DNA of 64,000 nt, taken from contig OZ037768.1 of NCBI GenBank assembly GCA_964035545.1, positions 12,471,675-12,535,674 of the forward strand. Direction: 5' to 3'. The stretch comes from Bugula neritina (taxonomy: Eukaryota > Animalia > Bryozoa). Shown piece after piece: positions 40,860-61,440 of this stretch (position 1 is its first letter; each line of letters starts with the position of its first letter). A program made the translations under genes and the position numbers. The notes beneath the pieces were generated by a model that was not told the DNA's origin, made no database searches, and saw only the letters and a list, made by a program, of their open reading frames with translations.

Positions 40860-42364
40860 AGTTTTAAAAGCATTATGTGAAGATTATATAGAAAACTATA
40901 TAAAAGACATTATTATTATTAACTGCTATATATAAATATTTATTATGTTGCATTGGAAAAGAATAAGTTCTTAGCTCTCAAGCTACTCTTGTGATTTAAA
41001 ATGAAGTGTGCTTCATTCAATGCTTTGGGCCTCCATACATTGTCTAGTCATCAAGTTGTTATTTTGATTCTTATTCTCCAACATAAAGGGGAACTTCAAA
41101 ACATATTTGGCTACCAAGTTGGCATCAAAGAAACTAAAATCTTTGGTTTTGATACTAATTTCAAGTGTTTTACTAATGTTTATTTCTAAATACTTGTTGA
41201 GTGTATACTGCTTGCTCTAATATCTTACCTATATTCACCTATATTTGTCTAGTTAAAGCACTTTTGTGTAATTATATACATTTTCTTGCGTAATCACACA
41301 TAATCACATATGTATAATATAGAGCAGCAATAGTGTGTAATAGTCTGTGCAATATATCTGAGGGTAAAATTATTTTCCTCATTTAATACACACATATAAA
41401 GTGTACACCAAAACATACTTTGTTGTTGATTAAGTATTCCACATAAATCCCTGGTGCATGTAATGTTGTTAAACATAGTCAACCACACTGATTATACATT
41501 TTACCACAAGTTAGTGAGGGATGAAAACGAATATTATGAAAACTTGCCAACCAGCCACAACAGTCATAGGGGTACAAAAGCCGTCCAAATTGTGAGAGAA
41601 CTCATTGACTTCGAGTTGTGATTTTTTTCATAAAACTAGTTTTTACCTACTTTTTGCAAATTTTTTTAGATGTAGTTAAAGCTTTATAACTGTTTACACT
41701 CAAAGGCAACAAGCCTAGATTTTACTGATATTGTTGCCATATCTTGTCTCTACATCGCTTAACAAGTATAACAGCAAACTTTAAAATAAATTTTCTTAGA
41801 GGCACATTTATTTTCCATTTGGCCACATGAGGCACAATTGTACCCTGATCACTGTTATTAGTTTGTTTGCCCAAAAAGTTCGTTGAAATGTTACTAAAAT
41901 CTATAGATATAGCCATTTTTAACCGTTTTGTAAAATATCAAAGACATCATGGTAAGACTGCAAAACTACAAGGTGAAGCTCCTGTAATATATACATCTGG
42001 TAAGGTTAGAGCTTTGCCATTTTATGCATAATACAAAACACTCTGCTGTTGCTACTAGTAGATAGTCATGATATTCACTATAAATTATATTATTGAAGGA
42101 ATATACATGTATTTCACTAAAAGAAATTGTGGTTTGCTCATTTGCTCCCCCTCTCCCTTCCGTACTCCAGCCACAAACGGAAGCCATGCGCCTTAGTTAC
42201 AGCTCATAGAAAAAAGTCCATTGGCATTTTGTAGTATATGTGTAGTGGCCAGCGAAGCGTACTAATCATACACGTGCACCATAACCAATCGTGTTGAGGC
42301 ACGTGACTACTCCCTGCAGAGCAGAACGCTTCCAGACAGTTTTATATAGCTAGTTAGTTCAGAG

Positions 42365-44895
<2,531 letters not shown>

Positions 44896-46080
44896 GTTCA
44901 GAGTAGTACAGGAATAGAGATAGTAGGTTAAGTAGACTTGTGAGAGTATTGTGGATGTTCAATGTATTTTTTATGTTTCTTGTATCTATATAGTTAAATA
45001 TGGTCTTTTATCACGTATCTTCTGTGAAGTTATTGGGACCTTCATCTAAAGAGAACACAGTTGCACACAGGATCCACCCCAAATATTATAATTGGCAAAA
45101 TTATAACATATGTTACCAAAGTTTTTTTCTGATGAAATTTCCTCTGAAGTGAAAATGAAAAAGCATTTTCAGTTTATAAACAGTAATGATAATGGCACCA
45201 GAGAACCGAGTAATGTGCGTTTGATTTAGCCTTCCTCTGCTATCAGTGGTGGCACAAACTGTAGGTACAGCTACAACATGAATTTTGCTGTGGATCTGAT
45301 AGAATATTTTTATTTATTTGTAATATTAAATAAATATAAATCAGATGGAACAAAATTTGCAAAGTTTCAATATACTTGTTGTGTCCCACCCAGTGGTCAA
45401 TTGTACCCCGGTACTGGGGCACAATGGGCCGGTTTTTTTCGTCATGAAAATTTCATTATGAAAGTTGTGAGAGAGATAGAAACAACAAACTGATACCTGT
45501 AATAGACAACAGATGCAGCATTAAGACTAGAGATTATTGAACTAGTAACTTGGAAATCAGACGAATGAGAGCAAAAAATCCAAAATTCAATGCTTTGTCC
45601 CCATATCATAATATTATGTTGGTGAATAACGTTATGGCCAGCGGAAGTATAACAACCTGTGTCCCCTGCTAAACATGACGCGATAGCTTATGCCCAGGAA
45701 AGACAACTCCAAGTCATGCCTTCTCCACTCATAGTCATGTCGTTGCTACATGCCCACAACCTGCCAATTAATATGGATAATAACAAATAGAATATAGGTC
45801 GACCAATCAGAGTTGAGCTCTTGTATATAACCAACACCTTCCGGCGCCCACGAGGGGAAGTACCACATGGGGCACAAATGAATGCCATAATACAGTTTGA
45901 CCATAATACATGCAGTTGCTTGATACCGACACATAAGCGTGGCTCCAAGTAAGCATAGGAACAAGGGGGGGGGGGGGGGCATAGCACAACATGCCTGGAG
46001 ACTAAGCATTGCAACAACCTACCCCAGTGACATTCTGCACTGTTTATTACAACTTCTTATGCTCGTTTCACTATATATAC

Positions 46081-47299
<1,219 letters not shown>

Positions 47300-48104
47300 T
47301 ATATATATACATATATATACATATAGCAGCAAATTTGCATCAATATTTTACAAAACAAAAATGTTTGCCACTGAGTGCTATTATATTATATTGAAGCTAG
47401 AGTAATAGTGGATTTAAACAATTACTAAGTTGAATCTAGAATACCATTGTTGTATGACATCATCTTTATTTGTGTACATTTTTACAGAAAGCATTATTGT
47501 CATGAAGCTATGTTGAGTGTTGATATACTTATACTGCAAGAATTATATTAGGATTATTCAGAGACTTTCGGACTTCAATCATCAGTTAGGGTAAGGTTTG
47601 CATGAAATAAATACTCAATAAATTAAAAGTAATTCCAGAACGAGTTTTAGTAATTGGGAAATTTGGAACATTCACTGAAGAAAACAGAACAACAAATGCA
47701 AGTAACATTTTCCAACCTCAATGTGAATGTGAATATAAGTTCAACAAAGTAGATTTACGTGTAACGAGAGATGTTTGGGGGTAGCAAATCTTTTCTGGAA
47801 GAGTATAGTCATTAGAGAGCTGAGTGTTACGAATCTCAGTCTTATACAAACTACCGGCTTGACCATCACCAGCCAGCTGGATGGAATGTTTTATATTAAT
47901 ACTAAAGAGAAACTGGTCTTTATATAATAAGTGATAGTACTATATCCATACTGAGATAACAGATAGTGTATATAATGTAATACAATAACTGCAAGTACTC
48001 ACATAACTCAACATTATTGCAAGAAACATGATCTATGCTTCAAATTTGTGGGAGCACGGAATCTGGCCATACAATCTTGGAAAACTTACCAATTTTCTAT
48101 CTAT

Positions 48105-48920
48105 CTTCATGCTAAAAAAACTTAAGATTTCCTTCTGCTTCATATTTTGGAAGAAAATTGATCATATTAAGTTGACCACTATGTCTGTCAGCTGAAGAAC
48201 AACCCGTTCTGGCAGTTGAGGAAAGACTAGCACCATACTTCAACAGGATCTCTGCTATGAGAACATGGTTTTTCTGCATGCACAGGTGCATTGGGGTTAA
48301 TCCGTCCTAAAATGTACCATGATGACTTTATAACAGATGATGTAAGGGCTAAATCTCCTTCTGCTTCATATTTTGAAAGAAAGTTGACCATATTAAGTTG
48401 ACCACTATGTCTGTCAGCTGAAGAAAAATCGGTGCTGGCAGTTGAGGATAGACTAGCACCATACTTCAACAGGATCTCTGCTATGAGAACATGGTTTTTC
48501 TGCATGCACAGGTGCATTGGGGTTAATCCATCCTAAAATGTACCATAGCAGTGGTATATTAACCAAAATTCTGCTTCAATTTTTGACAAAGATTTTACAA
48601 TAATTATTTACCTGACCACTATGTCTGTCAGCTGAAGAACAACAGGCTCTGGAAGTTGAGGAAAGACTAGCACCATACTTTAGCAGGATCACTTCTACAG
48701 AGATGTGATCTTTTCCCATACTTAGATGCACTGGTGTTACTCCATTCTAATGGAGGGCCTGAAAAGTCAAATACTAAACTTATACTTAGTAATTCCAGGA
48801 TTTTTGTTTCTATATAAATTGTCAAAGTTGACAATATTCTTCTGACAATCAGTTGTGCTGTAAACAGCCGGAATGGTCTTTTTCTTTTTTAGTGTGAAAA
48901 CACTCTTGTACTTCAAGCCT
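48105..48920 (-). pseudogene. Three antisense ankyrin exon copies plus paralogous exon, unit-2 copy
   Basis: Acceptors at ~48746, 48532 and 48305; the ORF track shows MHLCMQKNHVLIAEILLKYGASL. Confidence 0.75.
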
Positions 48921-50622
48921 AAATGAATATAATATACTCTTTAACTTATATTACATTGAAAACACAACATTATTTTTCATTAGGCTGATTGCTAGAACTA
49001 TTAATCTGACTTGAAACTTTTTGATAGATTGACAAATTTTGCATGTCTTTACGTTTGCATTGTCCAAGTTCAACTTTATTTACTTTTGGGTTTGCTTTGA
49101 TATGGGAAACACATTTGACTTTGTAGAGATCTTTGCAATTTAATGTTGTAAAGCAATTTACTCAGCAGCATTTTAGCAAACAACGATAATTTTATTCCTG
49201 TTTTTAAGATACAATAGCTAACCTTAGCTATTCTAAGATGATGTTAATTGTCTATTGAAATCACTTGCTGTAAAGTTGTATACATCTGGTTATCTATTTA
49301 TTTATACAGCAGCATAGCGTTTCTTTTCCGCTTTACAATATTTATGGATGAACTGTTTTTTGTTGTTCAATAAATAAATGTACACCAAATCAACCTTTCC
49401 TGCTCATTGACATTTCTACATAATTGACTTTTGCATGTATTGTTAATGAGTACATGCAGTGAAGCACGCTAATTATATTTAATACCAAACACCAGTCATG
49501 GATAAGTATGATTATAGAAAATTCTAAAACAGCTATTATAGTGACAAAAATGTCTGAAATTGAAAATGTCAGTCTAATTTCTTAAACAAAATCAATAATT
49601 GAAAACAAATAGTTTGTGCTTTCTAAACAGATAAAAAATAAATTTTTCAGTTTGTGTAGCAGAGTTAATATAATTATATCTAAAAATATCTGCTTGAAAA
49701 ATCTTGATTTGATAAATTATTTATGATTCTCTAAGTGTGATGGCACCACTCAGTATTTATGTACATAGGTAATTGTGAAGTATTTTTAGGAGTTATTGCT
49801 CCAAGGAATACAATTATAAAGTTGTTGTGTTTAATATGTAATGACAATCTATTTAATTGCAATATATTCATAGCAATGTAATTATAATATTAGCATACAG
49901 TGTGCTTAAGCACCTGTTGTAATTACATTGGATTTTAAACCTAAAAACCAGAGTAGCATTTATTAATAACAATTATCTCAATTAAATGTAGCTGGAAAAT
50001 GTCTACTAAATTTATGCACAACTGATTGTAGTTGCCAGCTGCATTGGAAAGATATGACCGTTGTACTTAACAGTCTCTATTGAAACCTTATAGAGGAGAA
50101 ATGTAAATCATGTTCATTCTGCCAAAAAACTGCTACCACCTCCTGTACCAGCATAACTATCTCACACAATAGGTGTTGATTTGTTTTCTTTGAATGTAAA
50201 AAATCTGGCGTTATATTAGTAAATTTACTATTATTGTAATATGCTTTATTGAGCATTAAACATGTGAGAAGAGAAAGAGTGAGTGACATTATGTGCCTAA
50301 AATTTTGGCTTTTTTCCTATAAAGCCTGTATATATGAAGATACAAAAGTAGAAAATCTGCCTAAAACTTAATGGCTAGTTGTTTAATGACTCAACAGTGA
50401 TACAAGGAGTTGCATTATAGTGGATTTGTTGACAGAGGTGTTTAGTGACTATAGTAAGCTTCCGGTGATATTATCTGGTAATAGAGTACATTCTACTAAT
50501 ATAATATTTCTAAGAGACATCTTTCAGTTGAATTTGATTAATACAAGGTAAAATCCTATGATCTAAATTTGGTAAGCAAAAGGTTGGGTGAAATAAAAAG
50601 CAAAGTTAATGTAAGTGCGAAT

Positions 50623-51308
50623 CCTTTAGTTCTTAAAAAAAGCAACTCAAAGAAAAATCACTGACAGATAAATGACACTCAGGTAGGAATGCTGGTGCTG
50701 CTAATTTTACACCAAACAATCAATACATGAGAGCAGTCCATCCAGTATGGCTTAAGAATTGATTGCCATACCTGACCCCTGCTGAGGTCGTAACTTGATT
50801 GAGCATGTATGGCATAAGGATTGCACTGGTGTCAGGTAAAAATAGAACAGGTAAAAATGGAGCAGGCAATGACGACAAAGGTATTCGCTTGAATTTGAGG
50901 ATAGGATTTTGGGTTTGATTTGTGATGTGGGAGGTTTAAAAGTTGTAGGTTAGAGGTTTAAGGTTTCAGGTTGGAAGTTTAGGGTTTCATCCTTGTTTAT
51001 GTCGGTGAGTATTCCAATGTTTTGTAATTGTTATTGTAATTGTTTGTGAATAACCAGATATTGAGATAAGGAAATTTGGATTAGTTTCCAGTGGTAGGTA
51101 ATCTTTAATCGCTTTCAAACCATAAGCCAGAGAATGTACTACTATATAAGCATAAGTAATGCTTAGACACAAAAGATTATATAAAAGAGTACATGTAGAG
51201 AAAATTTAAATCCATCAATATTGTGCCTGAGGAGTGCAGAAGAGGCGTGAAACTACTAGTAGCACAATAAAACAACATCTAATTAAAATTGCTCTTTTCT
51301 CAATTATA
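50623..51308 (+). mobile_element. Unit-2-specific insert ending in a hammerhead; probably the 3' end of a different Penelope-like family
   Basis: Absent at ~25665 in unit 1 (aagtgcaaat/atacatattttttg); hammerhead about 40 bp from its 3' end; terminates in tatata. Confidence 0.5.
51219..51269 (+). ncRNA. Type I hammerhead ribozyme (third family)
   Basis: UAUUGUGC CUGAGGA GUGC-AGAAGAG-GCGU GAAA CU-ACU-AG UA^GCACAAUA. 8-bp stem I, CUGANGA/GAAA core, GUA triplet; stem II is weak (two G-U pairs). Confidence 0.75.
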
Positions 51309-51372
51309 TATACATATTTTTTTGTATTGATAATATTTCGGATATAATCAACTTATAATATATTCATTTTAT

Positions 51373-51920
51373 CGACTATAAATTCGTTTCACGTAATGCA
51401 AGCTAGGCTTATCAGGTCGTTGTGGTGTACGGTCGAGTGATTTTGTTTTGAAATTTACATTGTTTGTGTATTTCTACGCTGGGATGTCTGAACTAGCGTC
51501 TGTTAAATGCGCAAGCAAAAACTTACTTTTATGTTTGCACATGCTGGAAAGCCTTTTGCGTTTTCCAAGGGAGGATAACTCCGATTGTTTCACCACCATA
51601 TATTTCTCATAGCGATGATTAGCTGGAGTCATTGTCATGTCTTGTCACAGTTGCTTTGTATATTAAGTCTTTGTATAAGCATTTACATACAGAAAAAGCC
51701 AACATAACTCAGCAAACTTATCTGGAATTTAAAAGAAAACAACACAAATATCGGCCTAAAATAGAATATTTTAAAATTTTTTTTAATCGTACTCAAATTT
51801 TTCCAATAGATGTAACTTATGTCGGTATGAGTATTAATTTATGACAACCGGAGTAATCCTCCCTCAACAAACGCAAACAGCTTTCTAGCACGTGCAAACA
51901 TAAACGTAAATTTTTGCTTT
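51373..51920. mobile_element. Older inverted Penelope-like remnants, unit-2 copy
   Basis: Colinear with 25729-26260; decayed hammerhead core CUGAUAA at ~51409-51415 (minus strand). Confidence 0.75.
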
Positions 51921-52676
51921 CAAGTTTATCTGATTATTAAATCATTATAGTTACTGTTAGTGTTAGCAATTCTGCAACCTTTGTGTAGTTATATCGATAC
52001 AGTAAATGTAATTGCTATCTCTATAAGTATGTATAACTTGTAAGTTACTACTTAGTAATTGGTTTTCTACTAGACTAAAACTATGTCGTCGTCTAAGGGT
52101 ACTCCAATTCTACAGTTACTGTTAGTGTTACGCTCTACAGTCCACAGTCTACTCTCAGTCTCACCCTCAGTCTGAGTCTCTAGTACTGGTACGGTAGTAC
52201 TACTGCTACTACTACTGCTACTACTGTTGAATGTGTTGCCATCGTGTAAAGTATTTATTATGAAATACGATATTGATTGCTGATTTAACTTATCGAGCAA
52301 ACTGACTGACTGATTTAATTATTTGGTAATAAAATATTTATTTGAATCAAAAACATGACGATGGTTTTTGTATAACAGAACGGAAGAGAAAAAGGTAAAC
52401 AAAGTATACAGCGATTCTAGTACAGCAATTAGTTAGTATATTGTCACGTGATTGTTATGAATGTGATTAGCGATAGGATCGCATGATTGTTTCTCAACAC
52501 GCCCCCTCAAGCATGTGATTTGATAGCTAGTAGCTTCAGGGCAATTCTGTGATTGGTTTTAGGCAAGCTCTTAAGCCCTGGCCACACGATCGTGAGAATG
52601 ACACGAAACTCGTGTGACGATTTTCGTGAGTTATCTTTTCGTATTGACCAGCCACATGATCGTTTAAACGAAAAGT

Positions 52677-53060
52677 CATTATGCCGAGATTGGTACCGCA
52701 AGTTTATATAAGTTATAAAGGAAAAATTTTGCCATTTTTGTTATTTTTTTTGGTATTTTATGTGTACATTTTTTTAGTTTTGTTTATTGGTTAAGTTTTT
52801 AAAAACATTTTTATGCATATAAAATTAAAAAAAAATAATTTAAAACTCACTCATGCTCGTAAATACAAAGCTATAAAGTTTAAGCTTCGCTGTGATTACC
52901 ATGTGAATATGAATTGAATAATGCTTGCAATAGCTATTTTACGCAAAATACTTTACAGTCGCTATAAATGTAAGACTAGTAAATTGGATGCAAATAGGCA
53001 TAGTAATACTAGTTAATTTATGCTATTTTTGAAATTTGTAGTAATTATTTGGCGTGCATA
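52677..53060 (+). mobile_element. One arm of the hAT-type foldback family, lacking its terminus
   Basis: cattatgccgagattggtaccgc... is colinear with 42423-42805 up to the (TA)n. Confidence 0.85.
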
Positions 53061-53081
53061 ATATATATATATATATATATA

Positions 53082-56494
<3,413 letters not shown>

Positions 56495-56804
56495 CTTAAT
56501 ATATACCACTTTGATGGCAACAAGTCATTTTTATTAGTCCGTGAATGAGTCTTGCACGAGATACAAGCAGCAGAACATTGCCAAATAGAGAAACTTAGTA
56601 GAAATGAAATAATCACTGTTGCTAAAATTCTATTGACCAATCAAATGGTACTTATCGTCGATTGTGATTTTTCGTCCATCGTCATCGTTGGGTGTGCACA
56701 ACGATGACGATTTCGTTTGAATTCCCTCATATTTTCTCGTACGAATGTTTTTTCGTGTCAAATAGACGATTTCGTGTGATTCTCACGATCGTGTGGCCAG
56801 GGCT

Positions 56805-57528
56805 TTAGTCATGACATCGGCAGGGTTCTCCGCTCCTCTGATGTGTTGGTATACTATGGTGGTTTGCTCTCTGACAATGTGGAATCTAATGTCAATGTGT
56901 TTGCTCCTCTTATGTAAGTATGGTTGTCCCTTAGTGAGGGCAATGGCTCCAAGGTTGTTGGTGAAAACTGTGTTAGGGTTATTCTGTTTTATCTTGAATG
57001 TTTTGCACAAGGTCTGAAAGGTCCTGTTTTGAGTATAGACAAGGGTCTCCGGCACCAGGTGTGAAGCCTTGTTCCTTGACGAAAGTGGTAAGTGTTTGGT
57101 GCCAATTGCGCCTGCTTTGTTTGAGGCCATATATATATAGATCTGTTGGGACGCCAAGAAAGCTTCCCTTGGTTGCTGGTTTCTTCGTACCCTTCAGGCT
57201 GTTGTAAATAGGTTTCCTTATTGATTGGCGTGTTTAGGTACGCCTCTTTAACATCTAATTGATGTATCTTCTTGTTTTCATTTTGCTGCTTTCTGTAACA
57301 GCAATCTGATCGATGTGAATCTGGTGGTTGGACTGTACGTTTCGTCATAGTCAACTCATTGTATTTGTCAGTATCCTTTTGCTACATATCTAGTTTTATA
57401 TAGTTTTTCCCTGTTTGAGTGTGTGAAATCCATCTGCCCTTAGTCTCTGTCCTGTCTTGGGGTAGCAGCTGGATAGACCAGGTGTTTGAATTATTTAGGG
57501 TGTTCATTTTCTTGTCCTTAGCTCTTTT
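56805..57528 (-). pseudogene. Deleted and frameshifted Copia RT-RNase H
   Basis: Remnants HQLDVKEAYLN..YLQQPEGY and NLGAIAL..HKRSKHIDIRFHIVRE..ENPADVMTK within only ~720 bp; no YVDD motif found. Confidence 0.9.
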
Positions 57529-60183
57529 CTAGGTTTCTCTATCTTTTGAATTTACAGCTTCTTGGTAGGACTGTGGTATGTTTGCCATCAGTGAGCAAGC
57601 ATAGTCAGTGTCTTCTATGTCATAGTCCTGTAGGTATGTAGGAGGCTTTCGTTTCCGTTCCGACTTACGTGGTCCAGGTTGGTTGGTGGCCTTTGCCGGA
57701 TCTGGTGCGGGTCCTTGTGGCATGACGTTCATTGCGTCATTTCCGCATGTTTGTGCAGGTTCTTGTGGCATGGTATTCTGGGTACCATTTCTGCTGTTTT
57801 GTGCGGGTCCTTGTGGCATGACGTTCATTGCGTCATTTCCGCACATTTGTGCAGGTTCTTGTGGCATGGTATTCTGAGTACCATTTCTGCTGTTTTGTGC
57901 GGGTCCTTGTGGCATGACGTTCATTGCGTCATTTCCGCATATTTGTGCAGGTTCTTGTGGCATGGTATTCTGGGTACCATTTCTGCTGTTTTGTGCGGGT
58001 CCTTGTGGCATGACGTTCATTGCGTCATTTCCGCATATTTGTGGTATGACATTTCTGGATGTAACAATTTTCTGATTAGGGGTAAGTATAAGGTAGCCTT
58101 GGGCCTTTGTGTTGACACCAAGATACATGCCGCTTTGTCCACGGTCACTGAGTTTTAACTTATTTCCCTCTGAGTAGAATGTGCAGTGAGATCCAAAATT
58201 GTGAATTTTCCTCATGTCGGGTAGCATGCCTGTGAATAACTCATAGGCTGTCTTTCCCGTTCGTCTCTGGTAGCTTCGGTTTCTTAGGTACTTGGCATGG
58301 TCAGCGGCAAAACTCCAGAAAGTCTTGGGGAGATTTGAATCTTTGAGTAGGCATCGCGCTGTGTCCATTATGGTGCGCCAAGTCCTCTCTGATTTACCAT
58401 TCTGGTAGGATGAGTAGGGTGCTGTAGTGGTGTGTTTGATTCCCCTCTCACGTAGCACGGCTTCAAATGGCTGTCCAAGGTACTCCATGCCGTTGTCAGT
58501 ATGGATCTCCTTCACATTTCCTATAGGTGCCACATCTGCAATGAATTGCTTAAGTGCAGTGGTGGCATCACTTTTGTGGCGTATATTGTAGGTGAACAAC
58601 ATACTGGAAAATTCATCTATGAAGTTTATTATGTAGTTTTGTCCTCCTCTAGCAGTTGGTGTGATGGGTCCGCATAAGTCAGAGTGTACACGTTGTAGAG
58701 GCTGTGTAGCTAGTTCAGGTTTATCGTCTTGTTTGTGAGGTTGTTTGGTGATTTTACTTTCGTCACATGTCATGCATGCAATTTTTAATTTTGCTCCAGT
58801 TATGGTCATACCTGTTGTCACTTTCTCCAGCTCAATTATGTCATTGGTGTTCATATGACCCAGTGCCCTGTGCCAATCGGGCAGCGATTTTGCGGTGTTC
58901 ATTGAGTCACCTGTATGGGTTGTCTTGAGGAAGTACAATCTGCCTTTGGGCATAATTGAAAAAGTTGTCCTGTCGACTGTCAGTATATTTTTCTCTCTAG
59001 AGAAATGTACTTTTGCCCCTTTTTGTGTGGCGGCGTGGACTGAAAATAGGCTTGTTGGTATTGTTGGTGCTAGCAAAGCGTCTTTTAGATGAATCTGCTG
59101 CTCCATATTGTTATCATCAGTAATAGTAAACTGTGCTGTGCCTTTGGCTACAGCCAGCTTGTTTGTTTTGCGACCATCTGCCATCTCTATGTAGTGGTTC
59201 TCAGGCGTGAAGCTCTTATCAAAACTAATGAAGTTGTTCTCATTGTTCACCAGGTGACTTGTCGCTCCGCAGTCCACCATAAGCAACTGTCCTCTTTGAG
59301 ATTTATTTTGTGTGGCTATGTTGCATTGGTTTGATGTATTCACAGTGAAGGCATATGTGGCATTTGCTGATGAAATTTCAGTTTTACTTGTCTTCTTCTT
59401 TGTCCTGCAAACTGATTCGATATGTCCAGCTTTCTTGCAGTAGTTACAAAATAGTTTGTGCTTTGAGTAACAATCTGTTGTAGAATGATTGCTTTTACCA
59501 CAAGCAGTGCACTGTCTATCACGTTTGCTAGTGGGTTTGAAAGTGTCTCTTCCTTTAAATACCATGGCTGTAGATTGAGAGCACCTTGCCGACTCAGTAA
59601 GGTCAAAGTTGGTTAGAGCTGCTTTGAACTCTGATAGGGTTTGGTTTTTGTCAAGTTGCGTATGTACTACAACAAAAGGCTGGTAGGATGTTGGTAATCC
59701 TTTCATAATCATTGTGATTACCAAATTGTCACTAATATTTTCCCCAGCAGACTTGAGGCCTGCTGAGTAGTTCTCAGCACGAATCAGGTAATCTGTAATG
59801 TCTTCTGTATCATTCATTTTTACAGTTGTTAGTTGTTCATAAAGAGTTAATACTCTAGGCTTTTGTGTACTTGCATAGTGTTCTTTTAGGATTTTGAATG
59901 CTTTTCTTCCATCGTCTTTGGCATCTCTCATCACAAGTTGAAGAGACTTTTCGTCTAAAACTTGTACAAGCTCAGCGTAAGCTCGCTTATTCTTTTTGTT
60001 GAAGTCAGCAGCGTTATCTTCTCCTTCTTCTTTGGGTAGAAGTGCGGTGTGTACTCCTTCATCTTGTGTGTACAAGTATGAAGTGAATCTTGTTTCCCAA
60101 ATTGAGAAATTGTTTGAATCACCATCAAAGAGAAGCCTGTGTTTGAAGCCACTGGGCCCATAACCTGTTGAATGTGTTGCCAT
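57529..60183 (-). CDS. Copia Gag-protease-integrase polyprotein (884 aa)
   Basis: Two CCHC knuckles (CTACGKSNHSTTDC, CNYCKKAGHIESVC); protease VDCGATSH; WHRALGH..CMTC; integrase D-D-E (HSDLCGP, HTDNGMEY, NGKSER). The ATG lies inside the 5' LTR and the frame reads through the PBS (TGYGP). Confidence 0.95.
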   Translation of the reverse strand: MATHSTGYGPSGFKHRLLFDGDSNNFSIWETRFTSYLYTQDEGVHTALLPKEEGEDNAADFNKKNKRAYAELVQVLDEKSLQLVMRDAKDDGRKAFKILKEHYASTQKPRVLTLYEQLTTVKMNDTEDITDYLIRAENYSAGLKSAGENISDNLVITMIMKGLPTSYQPFVVVHTQLDKNQTLSEFKAALTNFDLTESARCSQSTAMVFKGRDTFKPTSKRDRQCTACGKSNHSTTDCYSKHKLFCNYCKKAGHIESVCRTKKKTSKTEISSANATYAFTVNTSNQCNIATQNKSQRGQLLMVDCGATSHLVNNENNFISFDKSFTPENHYIEMADGRKTNKLAVAKGTAQFTITDDNNMEQQIHLKDALLAPTIPTSLFSVHAATQKGAKVHFSREKNILTVDRTTFSIMPKGRLYFLKTTHTGDSMNTAKSLPDWHRALGHMNTNDIIELEKVTTGMTITGAKLKIACMTCDESKITKQPHKQDDKPELATQPLQRVHSDLCGPITPTARGGQNYIINFIDEFSSMLFTYNIRHKSDATTALKQFIADVAPIGNVKEIHTDNGMEYLGQPFEAVLRERGIKHTTTAPYSSYQNGKSERTWRTIMDTARCLLKDSNLPKTFWSFAADHAKYLRNRSYQRRTGKTAYELFTGMLPDMRKIHNFGSHCTFYSEGNKLKLSDRGQSGMYLGVNTKAQGYLILTPNQKIVTSRNVIPQICGNDAMNVMPQGPAQNSRNGTQNTMPQEPAQICGNDAMNVMPQGPAQNSRNGTQNTMPQEPAQMCGNDAMNVMPQGPAQNSRNGTQNTMPQEPAQTCGNDAMNVMPQGPAPDPAKATNQPGPRKSERKRKPPTYLQDYDIEDTDYACSLMANIPQSYQEAVNSKDRET
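57705..58042 (-). repeat. Coding tandem repeat, 96-bp period (~3.5 copies of two alternating 48-bp subunits)
   Basis: QICGNDAMNVMPQGPA-QNSRNGTQNTMPQEPA repeated in frame. Confidence 0.95.
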
Positions 60184-60440
60184 CGTGTAAAGTATTTATT
60201 ATGAAATACGATATTGATTGCTGATTTAACTTATCGAGCAAACTGACTGACTGATTTAATTATTTGGTAATAAAATATTTATTTGAATCAAAAACATGAC
60301 GATGGTTTTTGTATAACAGAACGGAAGAGAAAAAGGTAAACAAAGTATACAGCGATTCTAGTACAGCAATTAGTTAGTATATTGTCACGTGATTGTTATG
60401 AATGTGATTAGCGATAGGATCGCATGATTGTTTCTCAACA

Positions 60441-60966
60441 ACTACTACTACTACTACCACTACTACTACTACCACCACCACTACTACCACCACCACTACT
60501 AGTACTATTACCACCACTACTACTGCTACCACTACTACCACTATTACTACTCCTACTACTCCTACTACCACTACTACCACTATTACTACTACCACTATTA
60601 CTACTACCACTACTACTACCACTACCACTACTACTACCACTAATACTACCACTACTACTACCACTACTACTACCACTACTACTACCACTACTACTACCAC
60701 TACTACTACCACTACTACTACCACTACCACTACTACTACCACTACTACTACCACTACTACTACCACTACCACCACCAGTACCATCACCAGCACCACCACC
60801 AGCATCACCACCAGCACCACCACCACCAGCACCACCACCAGCACTACTACCAGCACTACTGCCAGTACTACTAGTACTACCACCAGTACTACTACTAGTA
60901 CTACTACTAGGCTACTACTACTAGTCCTACTAGTACTACTACTAGTACTACTACTACTACTACTAG

Positions 60967-61049
<83 letters not shown>

Positions 61050-61327
61050 GTACTACTACTACTAGTACTGGTGCTATTATCACTAGTAGTAGTTGTAGTA
61101 CTGCTGCTGTTACTGCTATTACTAATACTACTACGTCTTCGACTACTGCTACTACTGTTACTGCTAATACTAATAGTAATACCAACACTAATAGTAATAC
61201 TAATATAATGGTAATACTACTACTACAAGTAGTAGTGCTAGTAGAACTGTTAGAATACTAGTGCCACTGTTAGTGTTACACTTACTGTTACTTTTGCTAC
61301 TACTACTACTATTACTACTACTACTAT

Positions 61328-61368
<41 letters not shown>

Positions 61369-61440
61369 ATATTAGTAATAGTGATACTGCTAGTAATAAT
61401 ACTACTACTACTAGTATAATATTAATATTATAGTTACTAC
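60441..61440. repeat. (ACT)n/(ACC)n microsatellite tract
   Basis: Long actactacc/accagc runs, expanded relative to 26520-26905; this tract hosts the Copia insertion. Confidence 0.95.
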
